A program made the translations under genes and the position numbers. Under the pieces are notes generated by a model that was not told where the DNA came from, did no database searches, and worked only from the letters and a program-made list of their open reading frames with translations. A stretch of 52,725 bases of DNA, counting the filler, from Sphacelaria rigidula (Eukaryota): the NCBI GenBank assembly GCA_964200075.2. It is 4 parts of 4 records of this genome, joined end to end, with 100 filler letters (N's around TTAATTAATTAA, not from the genome) between each part and the next. Parts side by side here need not be neighbours in the genome. Positions count along the whole stretch, not along the records: positions 39,621 to 52,725 come from CAXNAA020003151.1; 3 more parts are not named here. One strand, given 5' to 3'. This document shows, in pieces, positions 48,548 through 52,725 of the stretch. Positions within the stretch are counted from its first letter, which is position 1; each line of letters begins with the position of its first letter.

Positions 48548-50811
48548 TGCCAGTAAATGTCGCCCGTATCGGACGAGCCATGATGTCCGTCTGGCTAAAT
48601 ATTGAGTTCAGTACACGCGATTGGTGCGCGTCGCACCAAAGCTTCGTCCCCGGCTTTACCCCCCCACAGCGCTAGACGCGAGGCATGCAGAGTGACGCAA
48701 TTTTTCGCTCTTGGATTCCTCCGAGACGCCACATATATATTTATTTATTTTTTCAAAGTATGGATGTGTGAGATATATATATATATATATTCCAGTTCAG
48801 TAATCTGAATAAATCGTTCCATGTATAGGAAAATATTGGACAGCTCGATCACAGCCGGTCGTGTCCATTTTATTCTGTTATGCCGCTTACTGTCTGACAC
48901 CGACACCTGCATCGAACGATTTTTTCGCTCTCCCTTTACAACGTGCATTTGTTTTACCCTTTCCATTCGCCACCGCCTGTACACGCAGGTGCTGCAGCCG
49001 AGGGGGCGTACAACAGAATGCTCAGTCTGCGGGCATACATGGTTTCAGACGGCACAGCGCTCGCTTACACTCACGAACAACTTTCTCATGAGGGTGAGGG
49101 GGCGAGTAGATGTACGCTCTGTGTCGAAATTCTCATCGCCCATTGTGGGGTGAACATGGGAGTTTCTGCTACCTTTGTTTCTCGTTTTGGTAGTTCTTCT
49201 TCGTTGTTTGTTTCGTAGTCCTTTTTTTTTTTTTGTACTCTGCTGCTTCTCCATTTCACGCGGTGTGTTCTTTTCAACTTGAACAGTCGACGTCTTGCAC
49301 AATGCCTGTGAAAATATTGTTTCGAACTGCGACGAGAAATGGTTCGGGCCGAAACCGTCGGACTGTGTTCGGCAATGGTGCGTGCCGTCTTCCTATTTGT
49401 CTCATCAGTCTGTGCAGTAAAGGGGCTAATATATATATATATATACATTTTTAGTATATTTTCTGCTGTGGCCATTAGACTATTGTTGTTGACCGATTGT
49501 CTTCCTTTCGTGCACGCGTTGCCCCCGCGCGTTCACTCCTCTATTTCTTTTTTCACGTCCTCGCCCCCTCCGTCCCGTTTCTGTTCATCGAATGTCGGTC
49601 AGGAGTGGTCGGATCAGCGGAGAAAGGAAGCTTTGGAGAAGGCAGCTAACCCGATACTGGCAGCCAAGGAGCAGGGCTTCAATCTCTTCGTCGGCAACAT
49701 TCCATTCAGTGTCAGCGAGAAGGTAACTTACGCGTATCCAGAGTTCCGTCCGCATTTCGCAGTTCGCAGTCAATCAGGGACCCATGGTCCGTCCGACAGT
49801 TGAGATGTGATGGGTGAGGTAATTCTTTTCTGGTGGGTTGATTGCCCGGTATGTCCTCACATCCTAGTTTCGTCCAATTTCTTCGTTTTTTTTCAGAGGA
49901 TTAACTGCAGAGGTTGATTTCTAAATTTTGCTGTTGCTTTTTCTTTCCTCCAATTGTCTTGTCTTCTCAGGACCTTGGTGCGATCTTCGGAAACTTTGGA
50001 AAGGTTCTGAAAGCTACTCTCGTCACGGACGAGAACCAGGAATCGAAGGGCTACGGCTTCCTTACCGTGAGATTTGGATCTACGCGAGGATCTTTGTACG
50101 ACCCAATCAGGGCTCCTCGCAGAGCGGCCACGATTCGAAGCCTTTTTGCACTTCACTTGGCTCCCTTTTAACGCTCAATAGGCCAACGCAGGTTGTGCGC
50201 TAGGATCACAGTTTTTTTCCCCCTGATCGTGCTCGGCTTAACGTGGGCAAAGACAAAGCTTTGACAGGCCGAAGGCAAATGTTACTCGCGGATAACTTGA
50301 TCGCTGATTTTGAGCAAAACCGTATCGACGTGATTCACTGCTATGACGTTATTGTTGGTACTTTTTTTTTTTCTTGCTGCGTGCGTGTAGTTTATACGTT
50401 CATGTGCATATATATCCTCCTGCATTGACGCGTATACAGATGGAGAATGAAGAGGAAGGGCAGAAGGCCATCAACGCTCTGAATGGCATGGAAATCCAAG
50501 GACGTCGCATGCTCGTGAGAGTGGGTGCGAGCAGCGCCCGCAGCGCCGGCGGTGGCAGAGGCAGGGGGGGCGCCGGCGGTGGAAGAGCGGGAGGAGGATA
50601 TTCGGGTGGCGGAGGCGGCTTCTCGGGAGGAGGAGGTGGTGGATACTCGGGCGGAGGTGGTGGCGGATATTCGGGTGGAGGGGGGAATGGATATTCGGGC
50701 GGCAGAGGGGGTGGTGGCTATTCCGACGGAGGGAGTAGGGGTGGGGGAGGAGGCCGGAGGGGACCTGCGGGGGGATATTACGGCAATGATGGGGGTGGCG
50801 GTGGGTACTAG
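47125..50811 (+). CDS. Zinc-ribbon + RRM + glycine-rich RNA-binding protein (5' exon uncertain)
   Basis: Phase-consistent exons 47125-47318, 48989-49093, 49603-49722, 49971-50066, 50440-50811 (TAG). They encode CGKCQACY..ECSVCGHTWF (zinc ribbon), RNP2 LFVGNI, RNP1 KGYGFL, AINALNGMEIQGR and a GGGYSGG/RGG tail. Candidate first exon 45763-45856 (phase-1 GTAAGT donor) is unproven. Confidence 0.88.
47588..47834. mobile_element. MITE (TIR C[A/G]CGTCGGACAGATCATGATCCGTCTGAAA) in RRM gene intron
   Basis: ~30-bp TIRs with flanks TGTA/TGAA. It interrupts the second copy of a ~140-bp local tandem duplication (47425-47540 vs 47565-47925). Confidence 0.85.
48518..48547 (+). repeat. (CAAT)n microsatellite / retroelement tail
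   Basis: CCAATCAATCAATCAATCAATCAATCAATC. Confidence 0.7.
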
Positions 50812-52725
50812 TATGGTTTGCCTTGATTCGTCCCGCTGGTCGTGCCACTGAGCGCGGTGGTACCTATAGAAAAGTCGGTGAGAAGAGTCCCGTCCTGGTT
50901 GTGTGCGAAAGCGGTGATGTATTGCCCCCTACGTGCGAGATTGTTCTTCTCTGCAGCTCTGGAAGGCCGTTTTCGAGAGCGCTGTTATCGTTTTTTTTCG
51001 GGAGGGGAAGGGGGGACGGTGGGGTAGGGTAGGGGCAGAAGTCGCCTTGCTGAAATTATGTACGGTCGTGGCGGGCAGCGTGCGTGCACGCGTGGCTGTT
51101 TATTTGTTATCCGCTCATTATCTGCTCGTGCAATAGAGGATATGTTTGTTACGATCGTTGACATGAGACACGGGGGTACATATCGAGGGCTTGGCTGTGG
51201 CAGCGCTCCAATCTGCCAGAATTTCATGTATATCACTTGCCTAGTCAGAAAGTCGAGGAGGGGAAATAGATGGTCGTCCACTCAGTCATTTTTCATAAAC
51301 CAGGTTCCCTGTTATTTGTTCTTCAACGGTGTGAAGAAATACTCTGTAAAGCTAGTGGTGCGAACCAACGGTGCTAGAGTTGAGAGAGGAGCCTGATGAA
51401 TACTCTGATGTTGTACGTACTCCAACAGCAAACAACGCACCACTGTGCTTGCTTCCACTGACGAAGCACAACGGGCGCCTCAAAATCGATATGCATAAAG
51501 AGAGAGAAGACCGACGAGTCAGAAGACTCGTGTCGGCGGAATCGAAGTCGTTTTCCTCACCGAATCTCTGTGGCTGCTCGATGCATTGGTCGGTTGATCG
51601 ACTGCCTCACGTCAAGCGATCCGCTATGAATCCAGCCGTGAGGATGATATGAAAGGGCCAGTAGGTGATCGAATGGATGAACACAAACACTGGTAGCAAA
51701 CTCGAGTAGGACAAGGTCACAGGAACAAGAAGGCAACCAAGAACCAGGAACAGGTCAACAAGATGGACTGCCGACGGAGACGCCGAACTATGAGAGAGGT
51801 ACCGAGAAGAACTCCCGCCAGGGCTTAGAACAGGAGAACGTGCAGTGCAAGGAACAAGGCCGTTGGTAGCACGACCTTTGAATTTGGTCGATCCGAATTC
51901 TTGACCCTCGGACCCCGACGATAGTCCACCTGGATCATGCGTAGTGTTTTAAAGTGAAATTTATACCGATTCAACAGATGACTCAATTTCGCCGTCTAGG
52001 GGTTAATACCTTCTTCAGATGAAGTGAAACAGCTGCTCGCGAGAAATGCGTAATAACAAAAACATGAAAGCCCCGTGAACTCTAGCAATGCGCCCTCACA
52101 TTCCTAGTATCAGTGTCATCGCCGCGACGTCGGTGTCGCAGATGCACCCCCAGACGGTGAAACCGTTAAAAGCTGATCGAAGCGATGACTCGGCTATCGG
52201 TGGTGGTGGTCGACGGCGCGTGCGGCGAGCGATGGACAAGAGAAACTGGCAATCGATGCGTCTAATTAGAGGTGTTTGAAGCTCGAGGTTCCCGGTGTAT
52301 TTTAACAGTCATTTACTGATGGAATATACGGGGGGAACTTCGAGTTTGACCCACGAGTACGTACTGTTTTACCTCTATGATTGTCCCATCGCGCGTACTT
52401 CGTATTTTCAACGACATGGTCCATTATTATCAACATTGTTCACTCGGAGATCTCCGAATTTTTCGAGACTGGCAAGGTGCCTGATGACTCTCGAGCGCTT
52501 ACGAGCGCCACGGCGTACATACAGGGCAGCAGCTCTCCCAAGTGCTGCGGTGCAGCCCGAATTTTTCAGTCCCCTCCAAAATGAGGCTTGGAGGAAAAAT
52601 CAAGCCGCTTCGTTTTCGGAGAACTCTGAACGCAAAGTCCGAAAATTACCGAGGTCTCCGAAAAACACTGTCGATAATAATAGGGTAATATACAAAAAAG
52701 GGTAGACCCTTATGTTTTTAGAGCA

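Noticed and set aside
51901-52006. piggyBac-like mini element (TTGA CCC...GGG TTAA)
   Set aside because: The TIR is short and mismatched and the TSD imperfect; insufficient support.

Overview
Intron-rich, repeat-rich eukaryotic DNA that looks like a brown alga (Phaeophyceae). This is an inference from the EsV-1-7 repeats, a bipartite plastid leader, and the intron and repeat style. The window is not contiguous: it is four near-equal contigs (1-13107, 13208-26314, 26415-39520, 39621-52725) joined by artificial N44-TTAATTAATTAA-N44 spacers. Contig 1 holds a minus-strand, probably plastid-targeted ABC1/UbiB atypical kinase gene (at least 8 exons, two probable GC-AG introns) with SINE- and MITE-filled introns. 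Contig 2 holds an internally deleted Ty1/Copia element and an intronless, decayed array of about 17 EsV-1-7 (phaeovirus-type Cys/His) repeats, cleanly split by a Ty3/Gypsy LTR element. Contig 3 holds two exons of a TMEM184/OSTalpha-family gene, an RTE-like LINE remnant and a second Gypsy element with a 444-bp MITE in its RNase H. Contig 4 holds a hAT transposase fragment, several MITEs and a zinc-ribbon + RRM + glycine-rich RNA-binding protein gene. No CRISPR array, rRNA or genuine tRNA gene was found. The most notable items are the EsV-1-7 array with higher-order structure, the loss of the RT core in all three LTR elements, and the non-canonical Gypsy ends and priming site.
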